A DNA stretch of 30,932 bases from Longimicrobiales bacterium (lineage in GTDB: Bacteria; Gemmatimonadota; Gemmatimonadetes; Longimicrobiales; Gaopeijiaceae). The notes beneath the pieces are model-generated. The model worked only from the letters and a program-made list of their open reading frames with translations. It was not told where the DNA came from and did not search any database. A program made the position numbers and the translations under genes. The DNA is taken from NCBI GenBank assembly GCA_965218295.1, contig CBDCKN010000004.1, positions 1 to 30,932 on the forward strand, in the 5' to 3' direction. Shown piece by piece: positions 9,484 through 18,769 of the stretch (position 1 is its first letter; every line of letters begins with the position of its first letter).

Positions 9484-10402
9484 GAGGCTCCTGTACCTGA
9501 TGCTCGAACGTCGTCATTTCCTTGAATTCCAGGACCCGTCTCAGGATCTCCCCGTTCTGGAGCGTCTGGAGGCGCTCGACGCTGAAGCTCTCGACGGCGA
9601 AGGAGCCCATGGCCGACCCGTACACCATTGCCCGCCGATAGTCGTCCGCCGTGAGGGATCGGAAGGACGCCAGGTATCCCAGGAAGCCCCCGGCGAAAGC
9701 GTCACCGGCTCCGGTGGGGTCGAGGACGACCTCCAAGGGAAAGCCCGGCACGAAGAACACCCACTCGGGCCCGTAAAGGACGGCCCCGTGCTCTCCCTTC
9801 TTCACGACTACGAGCTCAGGGCCTCTTTCCTGGATCCAGCGGGCGGCACGGAGAAGGTTGTGGTCGCCGGCGAGCTCCCGGGCCTCGTCGTCGTTTATCA
9901 TGAGGATGTCGACGCGCTTCAGGAGCTCGAGCAGCGCCCCGCGGCTCCCCCCGATCCAGTAGTTCATCGTGTCGCAGACGACGACCTCGGGCGCGCGGAC
10001 CTGATTGAGAACGTCGAGCTGGAGCACCGGGTCGATGTTGCCCAGGAAGACGAAGCGGGAGTCCTTGAACTCGTCGGGGATGCGCGGCTTGAACTCCGCG
10101 AACACGCCGAGGTGTGTCTCGAGTGTTTCCCTGGAGCTGAGGTCGTAGGAGTAACGTCCCGCCCAGAAGAAGCTGTCACCCGGAGGACGCTCGATGCCTG
10201 CCAGGTCCACGCCCCGCTCGACGAGAAAATCCAACTTCTCCAGGGGATAGTCCTCGCCCACCACACCCACGACTCGAACCGGAGAAAGCAGGCTGGCGGC
10301 CGAGCTGAAGAAGACCGCCGAACCCCCGATCACACGCTTGGCGGTGCCGAAGGGCGTTTCGACGGAGTCGAGAGCCACGCTTCCTACCACGAGAATCGAC
10401 AT
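9476..10402 (-). CDS. PfkB/ribokinase-family sugar or nucleoside kinase
   Basis: VVGSVALD, GGSA, INDDEA, DPTGAGDAFAGG. Confidence 0.92.
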   Translation of the reverse strand: MSILVVGSVALDSVETPFGTAKRVIGGSAVFFSSAASLLSPVRVVGVVGEDYPLEKLDFLVERGVDLAGIERPPGDSFFWAGRYSYDLSSRETLETHLGVFAEFKPRIPDEFKDSRFVFLGNIDPVLQLDVLNQVRAPEVVVCDTMNYWIGGSRGALLELLKRVDILMINDDEARELAGDHNLLRAARWIQERGPELVVVKKGEHGAVLYGPEWVFFVPGFPLEVVLDPTGAGDAFAGGFLGYLASFRSLTADDYRRAMVYGSAMGSFAVESFSVERLQTLQNGEILRRVLEFKEMTTFEHQVQEPHV

Positions 10403-12105
10403 CAGCCCTCGGAGCTAGAGGTGGCATCCTCCTCTCGAACCATGCGCTCGGGCGCGAGGATGCCGAGGATCGACAGCCCATTCCGTAGCACGATCTGAAT
10501 CGCGCGAGTCAGGGCGAGGCGGGCGCTCCGCAGATCCGGATCGTCGACCAGTACGGCCAGCTCCGGATTGCGGCTCGGATTCCCTGCATGATACCAGGAA
10601 TTGACGGCTCCCGCCGTCTGCTCCAGGTAGTCACAGATGAGGTGCGGGGCCCGGAGCTGCGCGGCACGCCGCACCTGCTCGGGGAACTGGCCGAGCTGCT
10701 TGATGAGCTCCCGCTCGGCTGCGGTCTCCAGAACCGAGAGGTCGACACCCCCCCCCACCACGGTGTCTCGCTCGACGCCCGCCTTCCTGAAGATGCTGCA
10801 CATGCGGGCGTGGGCGTACTGGATCTTGTAGACGGGGTTCTTGTCCGACTGATCCAGGGCCAGGTTCAGGTCGAACACCAAATGCCCGTCGGGCTTTCGC
10901 ATCTGGAAGAAGTATCGGGTCACGTCCACGCCCACCTGTGTCATGAGCTCCCGCAACGTTGTGTAGGAGCCTGAGCGCTTCGAGAACTTCACGTCCTGGC
11001 CGTCGCGCTTCACCCGGACCATCTGGTGCAGCACGTACTCGGGGTACCCCGGGGGCAAGCCGAGGGCCTGCACGCCCGCCTGCACCCGTGCCACCGTCCC
11101 GTGGTGGTCCGCCCCCTGGACGTTGATGACATGGTGGAAGTCGCGCTCCCACTTGTCCATGTGGTACGCCACGTCGGGAAGGAAGTAGGTGGGTGACCCA
11201 TCGCTCTTGATCATCACCCGATCCTTCTCATCTCCGAAGTCCGTGGTCCGGAGCCAGACCGCGTCGTCCCGATCGTAGACGTGGCCCGTCTTCCGGAGCG
11301 CCTCGACCGTTGACTCCACGCCTTCGTCGTCGTAGAGGGACGACTCGAGGAAATAAACGTCGAAGTGGATGCGGAAGTCAGCCAGGTCCTTGTCCTGCTC
11401 CTCACGGAGAACCCGAACGGCGGCGCCCCGCATGAGGGCCAAGGTCTCGGCGCCGTCGTCCCCCCGGAAACGGTCGCCGTGCTCTCTGGCGAGCTCCTCG
11501 GCGATCTCGGTGACGTAGTCACCCTGATATCCGCCCTCGGGGATCTCGGCGTCCTCGCCGAAGTGTTGCTGGTAACGAGCCCAGACGCTCTCGGCGAGAC
11601 GGTCGACCTGGACGCCGGCGTCGTTGTAGTAGTACTCGCGCCCCACCGACCAGCCGGTCCACTCGAGGAGTCCCGCGATGGCGTCTCCCAAAGCGCCCTG
11701 GCGCCCATGGCCCAGATGGAGAGGGCCCGTGGGGTTTGCCGAGACGAACTCCACCATGAACGGCCGACCCTCGCCGTCGTCGGAGCGCCCGTACCTGTCG
11801 TCCTTCACGAGAATCTCCATCAACCCCGCCGCCACCTGCCCGGCGCTCAGCCTGAAGTTCAGGAACCCCGGTCCGGCGACCTCGACGGCCTGGATGCCGG
11901 CCGTGCCTACCTCCATACGGGACGCGATCTCCTCGGCGATGGCACGGGGCGGCTTGCGCAGGGTCGAAGCGAGGGTAAGCGCCACGTTGGTGGCGAGATC
12001 ACCGTGGCTCGGGTCCTTGGGCTGCTCCAGGCGCACGGCCGCGTCGCTCACCCCCATCTCCTCGAGAACGTCCTCGAGTGCTTTTCGTATAGCTTCCTGG
12101 GACAT
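10402..12105 (-). CDS. argS: Arginine--tRNA ligase
   Basis: VEFVSANPTGPLHLGHGR (HIGH-like), GADHHG, KFSKRSG, NPVYKIQYAHAR, APERM. Confidence 0.97.
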   Translation of the reverse strand: MSQEAIRKALEDVLEEMGVSDAAVRLEQPKDPSHGDLATNVALTLASTLRKPPRAIAEEIASRMEVGTAGIQAVEVAGPGFLNFRLSAGQVAAGLMEILVKDDRYGRSDDGEGRPFMVEFVSANPTGPLHLGHGRQGALGDAIAGLLEWTGWSVGREYYYNDAGVQVDRLAESVWARYQQHFGEDAEIPEGGYQGDYVTEIAEELAREHGDRFRGDDGAETLALMRGAAVRVLREEQDKDLADFRIHFDVYFLESSLYDDEGVESTVEALRKTGHVYDRDDAVWLRTTDFGDEKDRVMIKSDGSPTYFLPDVAYHMDKWERDFHHVINVQGADHHGTVARVQAGVQALGLPPGYPEYVLHQMVRVKRDGQDVKFSKRSGSYTTLRELMTQVGVDVTRYFFQMRKPDGHLVFDLNLALDQSDKNPVYKIQYAHARMCSIFRKAGVERDTVVGGGVDLSVLETAAERELIKQLGQFPEQVRRAAQLRAPHLICDYLEQTAGAVNSWYHAGNPSRNPELAVLVDDPDLRSARLALTRAIQIVLRNGLSILGILAPERMVREEDATSSSEG

Positions 12106-12147
12106 GTCGTCTGATCTAGAGGCCTGTCACCAAAGTGTCTCGGCCAG

Positions 12148-12504
12148 TCAGTCGTCGGAGGATGCGGACGTGGCGGACCCTGAGGACGGGGAGGACTCCT
12201 TGGAGGAGGAGCGGGAGGCGGAAGGCGCCTTCGAAGGCGAGGAAGAATCATCCCTGGACGCGCCGGATCCCTTGTCGCTCGAAGAGGCGCTCTCCTTCTC
12301 CGAGGAGGCGGCTTTCTTGTAGGCGTCACTCCGGTAGTCGGTGATGTAGAACCCCTCACCCTTGAAGATCAGACCCGCCCCGCCCGAGAGAAGGCGCTCG
12401 GATACTTCGCCACACTCGGGGCACTCGGCGGAGGACTCCTCGGACATGCTCTGGAAAAGCTCGAACTCATGCCCTGTGGGGCAGCGGTATTCGTACGTCG
12501 GCAT
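12148..12504 (-). CDS. FmdB-family zinc ribbon protein with Ser-rich tail
   Basis: MPTYEYRC..GH.FE...CPECG...FKGEGFYITDY. Confidence 0.9.
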   Translation of the reverse strand: MPTYEYRCPTGHEFELFQSMSEESSAECPECGEVSERLLSGGAGLIFKGEGFYITDYRSDAYKKAASSEKESASSSDKGSGASRDDSSSPSKAPSASRSSSKESSPSSGSATSASSDD

Positions 12505-12602
12505 CAGCAGGTCTTAATCCGGTTTCGCGATCGATGCACGGTCGTTGCGCTATCACACAACAGCCGCCAAAAGTAACGGGTTGGCGGGGTGTGACCAGTG
12601 CC

Positions 12603-12683
12603 GAGGCGGCCTATCGGCGCACTGACCTGTTCGAGCGCCGGCGTCGGCTGATGGGCGACTGGGCAGCGTACCTGGCCGACGAG
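12603..12683 (+). pseudogene. C-terminal remnant of a P4-like tyrosine integrase
   Basis: EAAYRRTDLFERRRRLMGDWAAYL matches the catalytic-Tyr tail (AY.R.D....RR.LM..W..YL) of P4-type integrases; nothing upstream remains. Confidence 0.8.
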
Positions 12684-12728
12684 ACATCGTTACCCCACCC
12701 ACCAAGACAGAGGAAGAACCGAGAAACA

Positions 12729-13037
12729 ATGGAAGAACATGACAAGGATGTACCGGAAGTGCCGTATCTTACGGTCGGTGGATACGATGGCAACGGCGGC
12801 AAGCTTGGTGTTGTTATCTGTCCATTCGCTTGCGGAATCCTTAGAGGGTTTCATGTACATGGCAACGGGCCCGGCCCGCGTGTTGCTCATTGTGTGACCC
12901 GATCTGGAGAGTACATCCTTCGGCCAGCTACTTCCGCTGAAGCCAAGTTGATCCAGCAGGTATACGACAACCACCAAGCGACTCTAGAACATCCGACATG
13001 TTCGCATTGTGGCCAACCGCAACCTGCCACCGCATAA
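12729..13037 (+). CDS. Small Cys/His-rich hypothetical protein (putative Zn-binding), 102 aa
   Basis: ATG at 12729; CPFACG...HVHG...RVAHC...GEY and C-terminal CSHC; visibly lower GC than core genes. Confidence 0.6.
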   Translation: MEEHDKDVPEVPYLTVGGYDGNGGKLGVVICPFACGILRGFHVHGNGPGPRVAHCVTRSGEYILRPATSAEAKLIQQVYDNHQATLEHPTCSHCGQPQPATA

Positions 13038-13136
13038 GCCGTTGAACTGGCGTGTACAAGCACGGTAATCAGCGCGCTGATCGGGGAATCCATCGCGCTC
13101 GTAGCGGTGCTCGCTAGCCTTCCCGCTAGGGATCTC

Positions 13137-13211
13137 TGGAGGGGAGCGACCCCCCAGGGCACGGCCCCGCGCCCGCACCAAGCCCTTGGGCGGGGGGGTC
13201 GCTCCCCTCCA
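13137..13211. repeat. Perfect 19-bp inverted repeat with inner stem
   Basis: TGGAGGGGAGCGACCCCCC (13137-13155) / GGGGGGTCGCTCCCCTCCA (13193-13211); inner AGGGC/GCCCT. Confidence 0.9.
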
Positions 13212-13684
13212 CGTCCGTGCTGCCCAGTGCGGCACCGGCGACCGGGTGGCGACGAACGCAACTCCAAGCGACCGCACGGGATAGGTGAATCCGGCGTGTG
13301 CGCATCTTCAGGGGTGCATTGTGTGCATCGACCCCCAACGTCTCATGCACGCTCCAGTACGGCACAAGTCGTAGGCTTCTCATCGAAATCGCACCCGTGC
13401 GAGCCGCTACGTCTCCTTCCACTTCTCAGCCGCATCCCGGAGCTGCCGTGGGCTTGCTCAGGATCCGCCGCGTTCATCGCCCGTAACTTGCGAGGACATC
13501 GTGTCAGTAGACGATACCCCCCTCGCCCGTGCACAACACCGTGGTCCTGGTCTTGCAATCGTAGCTACCAGCGGGATAGGTGTCCGTGGCTCTGTAAATC
13601 TTGTCTCCATACCCTCTCTGCCAACTTACGTGAGACACGGAGCAGCTAAGGAATTAGAGTAGGGCGAAGGCAGAGAAACCGAGG

Positions 13685-14134
13685 ATGCTGAGACACCGAG
13701 AGAGAATGAAAGAGAATGGAATAGCCCCACCAACCTGGGACGGTAAGCGAAGCGCGGCAGCTCCTGCGGACTCGGAGGTGGTAGATAGGCCGCTGCGCCG
13801 GCGGTTCGCTCCGTCGTACAAGCTGCGGATCGTCGAAGAAGCGGACCGGTGCACGGAGCCCGGAGAGGTTGGCCGACTCCTACGGCGGGAGGGCTTGTAC
13901 TCGTCGCACCTGACGACATGGCGCAAGGCGGCGCATAGCGGGTCCCTGAAAGCGCTGTCGAAGAAACGAGGCCGTAAGCGCGAGCGCAATCCGCTGGAGG
14001 AGAAGGTGCGCAAGCTGGAGCGCGAGAACACTCGCCTCGAGAAGGAGCTCCAGAAGGCGCACTTGATCATCGACGTCCAGGGAAAAGTTGCAGGGCTGCT
14101 GGGATTGAGCCTCGAGGACGGGACGAACTCATGA
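13685..14134 (+). CDS. IS3 transposase OrfA
   Basis: RRRFAPSYKLRIVEEAD...LLRREGLYSSHLTTWR HTH followed by a coiled coil. Confidence 0.9.
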   Translation: MLRHRERMKENGIAPPTWDGKRSAAAPADSEVVDRPLRRRFAPSYKLRIVEEADRCTEPGEVGRLLRREGLYSSHLTTWRKAAHSGSLKALSKKRGRKRERNPLEEKVRKLERENTRLEKELQKAHLIIDVQGKVAGLLGLSLEDGTNS

Positions 14135-15138
14135 AGGCGACCCAGGAGCTAGCCAAGCACGTAGGGGTGAAGCCCGCGTGCGATGCGCTCAGGGTGCCGC
14201 GAGCCACGTTCTACCGTCGTCGGAGTGCATCGACCGGGCATCAGCAGCCCCGCCCGACCCCCGCCCGGGCCTTAAGCGAGAAGGAACGAGACAAGGTCTT
14301 CGACACGCTGTGTTCGGAGCGGTTCGTGGACCGGTCCCCAGCCGAGGTGGTGGCGACGCTGCTCGACGAGGACGTCTACCTGTGCAGCGAGCGTACGATG
14401 TATCGCGTTCTGGCTTCCCAGGTGCCGGTTCAGGAGCGTCGAGCGCAGCGGAGTCATCCCAAATACCAGAAGCCCGAGTTGATGGCGAGGGGCCCGAACC
14501 AGGTCTGGTCCTGGGATATCACCCGGCTGCTGGGGCCGAAGAAGTGGAGTTACTTCTACCTCTACGTGATCCTGGACATCTTCAGCCGCTACGTCGTGGG
14601 ATGGATGGTGGCGGATCGGGAGAACTCTGCCCTGGCCAGCCGGCTGATCCAGCAGAGTTGCTTGAAGCATGGCGTCCAGCCCCACCTCCTGACCCTGCAT
14701 TCCGATCGAGGGGCTCCGATGACGAGCCAATGCACGGCTCAACTACTCGCCGATCTCGGCGTGACCCGCTCGTTGGGCCGACCCCAGGTCTCGGATGACA
14801 ATCCGTTCTCCGAGGCTCAGTTCAAGACCTTGAAGTACCATCCCTCGTTTCCCGGCCGGTTCGGGGATCAGGGGCAAGCCAAGACCTTCTGTCGCTCGTT
14901 CTTCCGTTGGTATAATGCCGAGCACCGCCATGGCGGCATCTCGATGCTGACCCCCGAACAGGTCCACTTCGGTCACGCCGATCGGATCATCGCCTGCAGG
15001 AAGGCCGTGCTCCGTGAGGCATGGGCCGCTCATCCCGAGCGCTTCGTCTCCGGTGAGCCGAAGCCTAAACCACTCCCGGAGGCCGTCTGGATCAATCCTC
15101 CCACCCCATCCCTCACTACACAGGAGATTGCTCTCTAA
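14131..15138 (+). CDS. IS3 transposase OrfB (DDE integrase core)
   Basis: PNQVWSWDIT, LDIFSRYVVGW, LHSDRG, DNPFSEAQFKTLKY. Confidence 0.95.
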   Translation: MKATQELAKHVGVKPACDALRVPRATFYRRRSASTGHQQPRPTPARALSEKERDKVFDTLCSERFVDRSPAEVVATLLDEDVYLCSERTMYRVLASQVPVQERRAQRSHPKYQKPELMARGPNQVWSWDITRLLGPKKWSYFYLYVILDIFSRYVVGWMVADRENSALASRLIQQSCLKHGVQPHLLTLHSDRGAPMTSQCTAQLLADLGVTRSLGRPQVSDDNPFSEAQFKTLKYHPSFPGRFGDQGQAKTFCRSFFRWYNAEHRHGGISMLTPEQVHFGHADRIIACRKAVLREAWAAHPERFVSGEPKPKPLPEAVWINPPTPSLTTQEIAL

Positions 15139-15178
15139 TTGATTTCCAAGAGTGTCTCACTGGCGTTGACAGGTTCCG

Positions 15179-15655
15179 ATAGACCGGATTATGGATGTGC
15201 AGGACGATCTTCCTGGTCGTCCCCCTCTCGGCATAGGTCGGCTCCCATATGCGAGGAGCGGCGCGGCGCCACGTCCAGTTGCCGACGGGTGCGTCGCCGG
15301 TTGGTTTCCGCTCGTCGTCCGACACATCCGGGTCGTCGGTCTGCCGGGGGGGCTTGGAGAGAATCGTCTGGCCGGTCCAGACCAAGCCAGGCCACCTCGC
15401 CCCGAATTCTGCCGCCTCGCGCGACAGGATCGATGCGGACAGGTAGGACCAGGGACTCCCGTCGCCTTCTATTGTTTGCATGAGCGGGACGGCCTCTGGC
15501 GGCTGAGGCAGCCACGTGTCTTCGAGCCTGGACCATTCGCCCGGAGCAACCAGCGGCGCATCGGCCGGCACCGCCCAGATGATGCCTCTAGCACTGCCGC
15601 CCGAATCATAGGCATGCAGCGCGAATCCCGCCTTGAGCCAAAGCGTGTCGAAGAC
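15179..15655 (-). pseudogene. Internal fragment of a hypothetical gene cut by IS256 (5') and IS3 (3')
   Basis: Open protein-like frame (…EGDGSPWSYLSASILSREAAEFGARW…LHIHNPVY) abutting both IS ends. Confidence 0.6.
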
Positions 15656-17033
15656 GAGGTTGGGTCAATAGGTGTGTAAACGTATTAGGCGGCGTTCTTC
15701 CGCTGTTGGTGTGAGACGGGCTTTCCGTCTTCGAACTTTCTTCCTTCAAATACGTCCTTGAGGAGGTGAGGAGCGTCGAGCCTTCGGAACCGCTTCTCAG
15801 CCACCAAGAGCAACTTCCAGATTAGCGCCGTAGCGCTCTCGACCCGCTTGAACCGCTTCGCTGCTGTCGTCCTGAGCCGTACCGCGGCGAACGGGCTCTC
15901 GACCACGTTCGTCGTGCGTAGATGCTTCCAGTGGTCCTCGGGGAAGTCGTAGAACGCTACCATCCGCTCCCAGTCGTCCTCGAGTACGTCCACTGCTTTC
16001 GGATACCACGGCCTATAGCGTCGGGCGAACACCTCGCGGGCCTTCAGGGCCTCGGCCCGGCTCGGTGCGTAGACCACGGCCCGGAGAAGATCCTTCGCCT
16101 CGCCCTGCTCCCGCTGAGGTAGTCGGTCCAGCACGTTCCTCATCTTGTGGTTCCAGCACCGTTGCTCACCCGCCTCAGGCCATACCTGCCGTACTGCGCC
16201 CCAGATCGCAGCGTTACCGTCCGCCATCAGAAGCCGGGGCGCCTCGATGCCGCGTGCCTTCAGGTCCCGCAACACCTCGGACCAGGACTCGACCGACTCT
16301 CGGTAGCCCGCTCTCAGGGCCAACACCTCTTTCGTCCCGTCTCGCATGGCACCCAGCACCACCAGCAGCGCCGCTTTGTCCCGCTCCAGCCCTGCCTTCA
16401 CATAGATCCCGTCCGCCCACACGTAGACGACCTCACGACCCTCCAGGCGACGCTGGCTCCATTCCTCGAACTCCGCCGTCCATCCCGCCCGCAGCCGCCG
16501 AATCGAAGACTTCGACAGCGGTGCCCCCTCGCCCAGCAGGCCCCGCATCGCCAACTCGAAGTCTCCCTCCGCCAGTCCGTGCAGATACAGCTCCGGAAGC
16601 AGAGCGCCCAGCTCCTTCGTCCGCCTCGCGAACAACGGCAGCACGCGGCTCTCGAACCGCTCCTCAAGGCCTCGAACTCGAGGGCGTCGGAGTGTGATCG
16701 TGCCCGAGCTCATCGCCAGCCGCCTCGGCTTGCCGTATCCGTTGCGGTAGCCCTCGGTCGCGTCCACCACCCTCCTGCGCTCTGACTTCTCTCGCCCTAG
16801 CAACTCCGTGACTTCCTCCTCCAAGATCTGTTGAATGAACTCCTGCGCCTTCTCCCGAACCACTTCTTCCAGAACTTCCCACACGGGCGTCCTGGACTCA
16901 CCCTCGGGTCCCACCGTATTCTTCCTCACGAGGCGTCGTTCCTTTCCCCCGGGCTGTCACCCGGAGTTCGCTGGTTATTACTCAGCGGAAAGGTACGTCG
17001 CCTCTCTTTTTACACACCCTTTGATCCTAGCTC
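15656..17033 (-). mobile_element. IS256-family element, copy 1
   Basis: Imperfect 25-bp IRs GAGGTTGGGTCAATAGGTGTGTAAA / TTTACACACCCTTTGATCCTAGCTC; ends confirmed by comparison with copy 2. Confidence 0.93.
15685..16929 (-). CDS. IS256-family transposase
   Basis: YRNGY, VWADG, MADG, QRCWNHK, LRTTNVVES. Confidence 0.95.
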   Translation of the reverse strand: MRKNTVGPEGESRTPVWEVLEEVVREKAQEFIQQILEEEVTELLGREKSERRRVVDATEGYRNGYGKPRRLAMSSGTITLRRPRVRGLEERFESRVLPLFARRTKELGALLPELYLHGLAEGDFELAMRGLLGEGAPLSKSSIRRLRAGWTAEFEEWSQRRLEGREVVYVWADGIYVKAGLERDKAALLVVLGAMRDGTKEVLALRAGYRESVESWSEVLRDLKARGIEAPRLLMADGNAAIWGAVRQVWPEAGEQRCWNHKMRNVLDRLPQREQGEAKDLLRAVVYAPSRAEALKAREVFARRYRPWYPKAVDVLEDDWERMVAFYDFPEDHWKHLRTTNVVESPFAAVRLRTTAAKRFKRVESATALIWKLLLVAEKRFRRLDAPHLLKDVFEGRKFEDGKPVSHQQRKNAA

Positions 17034-17240
17034 AGGCAACATCCTGGCTGAGCAACTCTTCAAGCCTGCTTTTGTGATCTGCCGGAGCGTATCGCTAAGG
17101 TGCTTTTGACCAAGCTCACTCAGATCCTTCGGCGTCACCCAGGGAACGTTCCCGTCCCAGAACTCCGGCCTGCCAGTCTTGGGGGTAGCTCCGGAGACGA
17201 CTTCGCAGACCTCGCCGATTGTCGCAACCGGCCAACTCAT
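17034..17240 (-). pseudogene. hsdS: Type I RM specificity subunit, truncated by IS256 after 69 codons
   Basis: MSWPVATIGEVCEVVSGATP...WDGNVPWVTPKDL...ITKAGLKSCSARMLP then the IS end; overlaps hsdM stop. Confidence 0.9.
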
Positions 17241-18724
17241 CCCAGCATCCCCTCCAACTCCACCCGCCCCTCCGCGATCTCCGCCTCCAGCTTCCCCAAC
17301 CGCTTCAGGATCACCATCGGTGGGTCGTACTCCACTGCCTCGTACTCCAGCTCCTTGTAGCGGTTGATGGACAGGTCATAGTCGTTGCCCGCGATCTCGG
17401 CCTTGGGCACGAGGAAGCTCTGGTCGGTCCGCGCCCGCTTGCCCTCTTCCTTGCGGTTCTGCCAGCGGGCGAGGATGTCGGCAAGGTCGCTCTTCTCCGG
17501 CTGCGGCGTGCGCTTGTCATCCAGCGAGTAGCCGTCCGCCTGCATGTCGTAGAACCAGACGTGATCCGTGCCGCCGGAGTTGGTCTTGGTGAAAAGCAAA
17601 ATGGCGGTGGAGACCCCGGCGTAGGGTTTGAAGACGCCGGAGGGCATGGAGACGATGGCGTCGAGCTTCTGCTCCTCGACCAAGATCGTGCGCAGGGTCC
17701 TGTGCGCCGTGCTCGATCCGAAGAGCACGCCGTCGGGCACGATGACGGCGGCGCGTCCTCCTGTCTGGAGCAGGCGGAGGAAGAGCGCGAGGAACAGCAA
17801 CTCGGTCTTCTTCGTCTTGACGATCTGCTGCAGATCCTTAGCGGTGGACTCGTAGTCGAGGCTTCCCGCAAACGGCGGATTGGCGAGGACTAAGGAGTAC
17901 TTTTCCGCGTCATCGTCGTCGGTCTGGGCCAGCGAGTCTTTGTAGCGGATGTCTGGGTTCTCCGCGCCGTGTAGCAGCATATTCATGCTGCCGATGCGCA
18001 GCATGGTGTTGTCGAAGTCGTAGCCATGGAACGTGTCCTCGCTAAAGCGGTGGCGCGCTGTGGCGTCCTTGTAGATAGTGTCGCTGTGGTGCTTCACCAG
18101 GTGCTCAAACGCGGCAACAAGGAAGCCCGCCGTGCCGCAGGCCGGGTCGCAGATCACGTCCTTGGGCGTGGGGGCGGTCATGTCCACCATCAGCCGGATG
18201 ATGTGGCGCGGCGTGCGGAACTGGCCGTTCTGTCCGGCGGTAGCAATCTTGCTGAGCATGTACTCGTAGAGATCGCCCTTGGTGTCGCTGTCGGCCATGT
18301 CGATGCCGTCGAGTTGGTCGACCACGTTGGCCAGCACACGGGCCGTGGGCATCATGAAGAGGGCACCCTTCATGTGGTGGCTGTATGTCGAGTCCCTCTC
18401 GCCGCTATCGGCCCCGCCCTTCTGCCCGAGCGACTTGATAAAGGGGAACACCCCGTCTCGCATCGTCTCGAACAGCTGCTCGGGGGCGGCGTCCTTGAAA
18501 CGCGACCAGCGCAGCCTGTCCTGGTCGGCGGTGAAGACCGACTCCTCGATGGGTGTGCCGGTGTGCGCAGCCTTGTGCTCCTTGAGGGTGTGTAGTTCGT
18601 CGAGCCGCTTGATGAAGAGCAGGTAGGTGAGCTGCTCGATGACCGAGAGCGGATTCGAGATGCCGCCAGACCACATCGTGTCCCAGATGCTATCGATCTT
18701 GGATTTGAGTGCTCCTGTAATCAT
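17237..18724 (-). CDS. hsdM: Type I RM N6-adenine methyltransferase subunit
   Basis: MITG.LKSKID..W...WSGGISNPL, GQFRTPRHII, DPACGTAGFL (motif I), NPPF (motif IV), VPDGVLFG. Confidence 0.96.
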   Translation of the reverse strand: MITGALKSKIDSIWDTMWSGGISNPLSVIEQLTYLLFIKRLDELHTLKEHKAAHTGTPIEESVFTADQDRLRWSRFKDAAPEQLFETMRDGVFPFIKSLGQKGGADSGERDSTYSHHMKGALFMMPTARVLANVVDQLDGIDMADSDTKGDLYEYMLSKIATAGQNGQFRTPRHIIRLMVDMTAPTPKDVICDPACGTAGFLVAAFEHLVKHHSDTIYKDATARHRFSEDTFHGYDFDNTMLRIGSMNMLLHGAENPDIRYKDSLAQTDDDDAEKYSLVLANPPFAGSLDYESTAKDLQQIVKTKKTELLFLALFLRLLQTGGRAAVIVPDGVLFGSSTAHRTLRTILVEEQKLDAIVSMPSGVFKPYAGVSTAILLFTKTNSGGTDHVWFYDMQADGYSLDDKRTPQPEKSDLADILARWQNRKEEGKRARTDQSFLVPKAEIAGNDYDLSINRYKELEYEAVEYDPPMVILKRLGKLEAEIAEGRVELEGMLG

Positions 18725-18769
18725 GAAAATTCCCCTACTGTCTCAGTCTGGCCGAACGTCGAATGCCAT

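Larger units (their letters stand above)
13619..15171 (+). mobile_element. IS3-family insertion sequence
   Basis: IRL TGCCAACTTACGTGAGACAC vs IRR (reverse complement) TGTCAACGCCAGTGAGACAC; orfA/orfB; no target duplication seen; true ends could extend to about 13593 and 15178. Confidence 0.85.

Noticed and set aside
12148..12320. Repetitive Ser-rich sequence
   Set aside because: Ordinary low-complexity tail of FmdB-family proteins, not a repeat array
202..12344. Many long plus-strand ORFs over the housekeeping genes
   Set aside because: Antisense shadows typical of high-GC coding DNA
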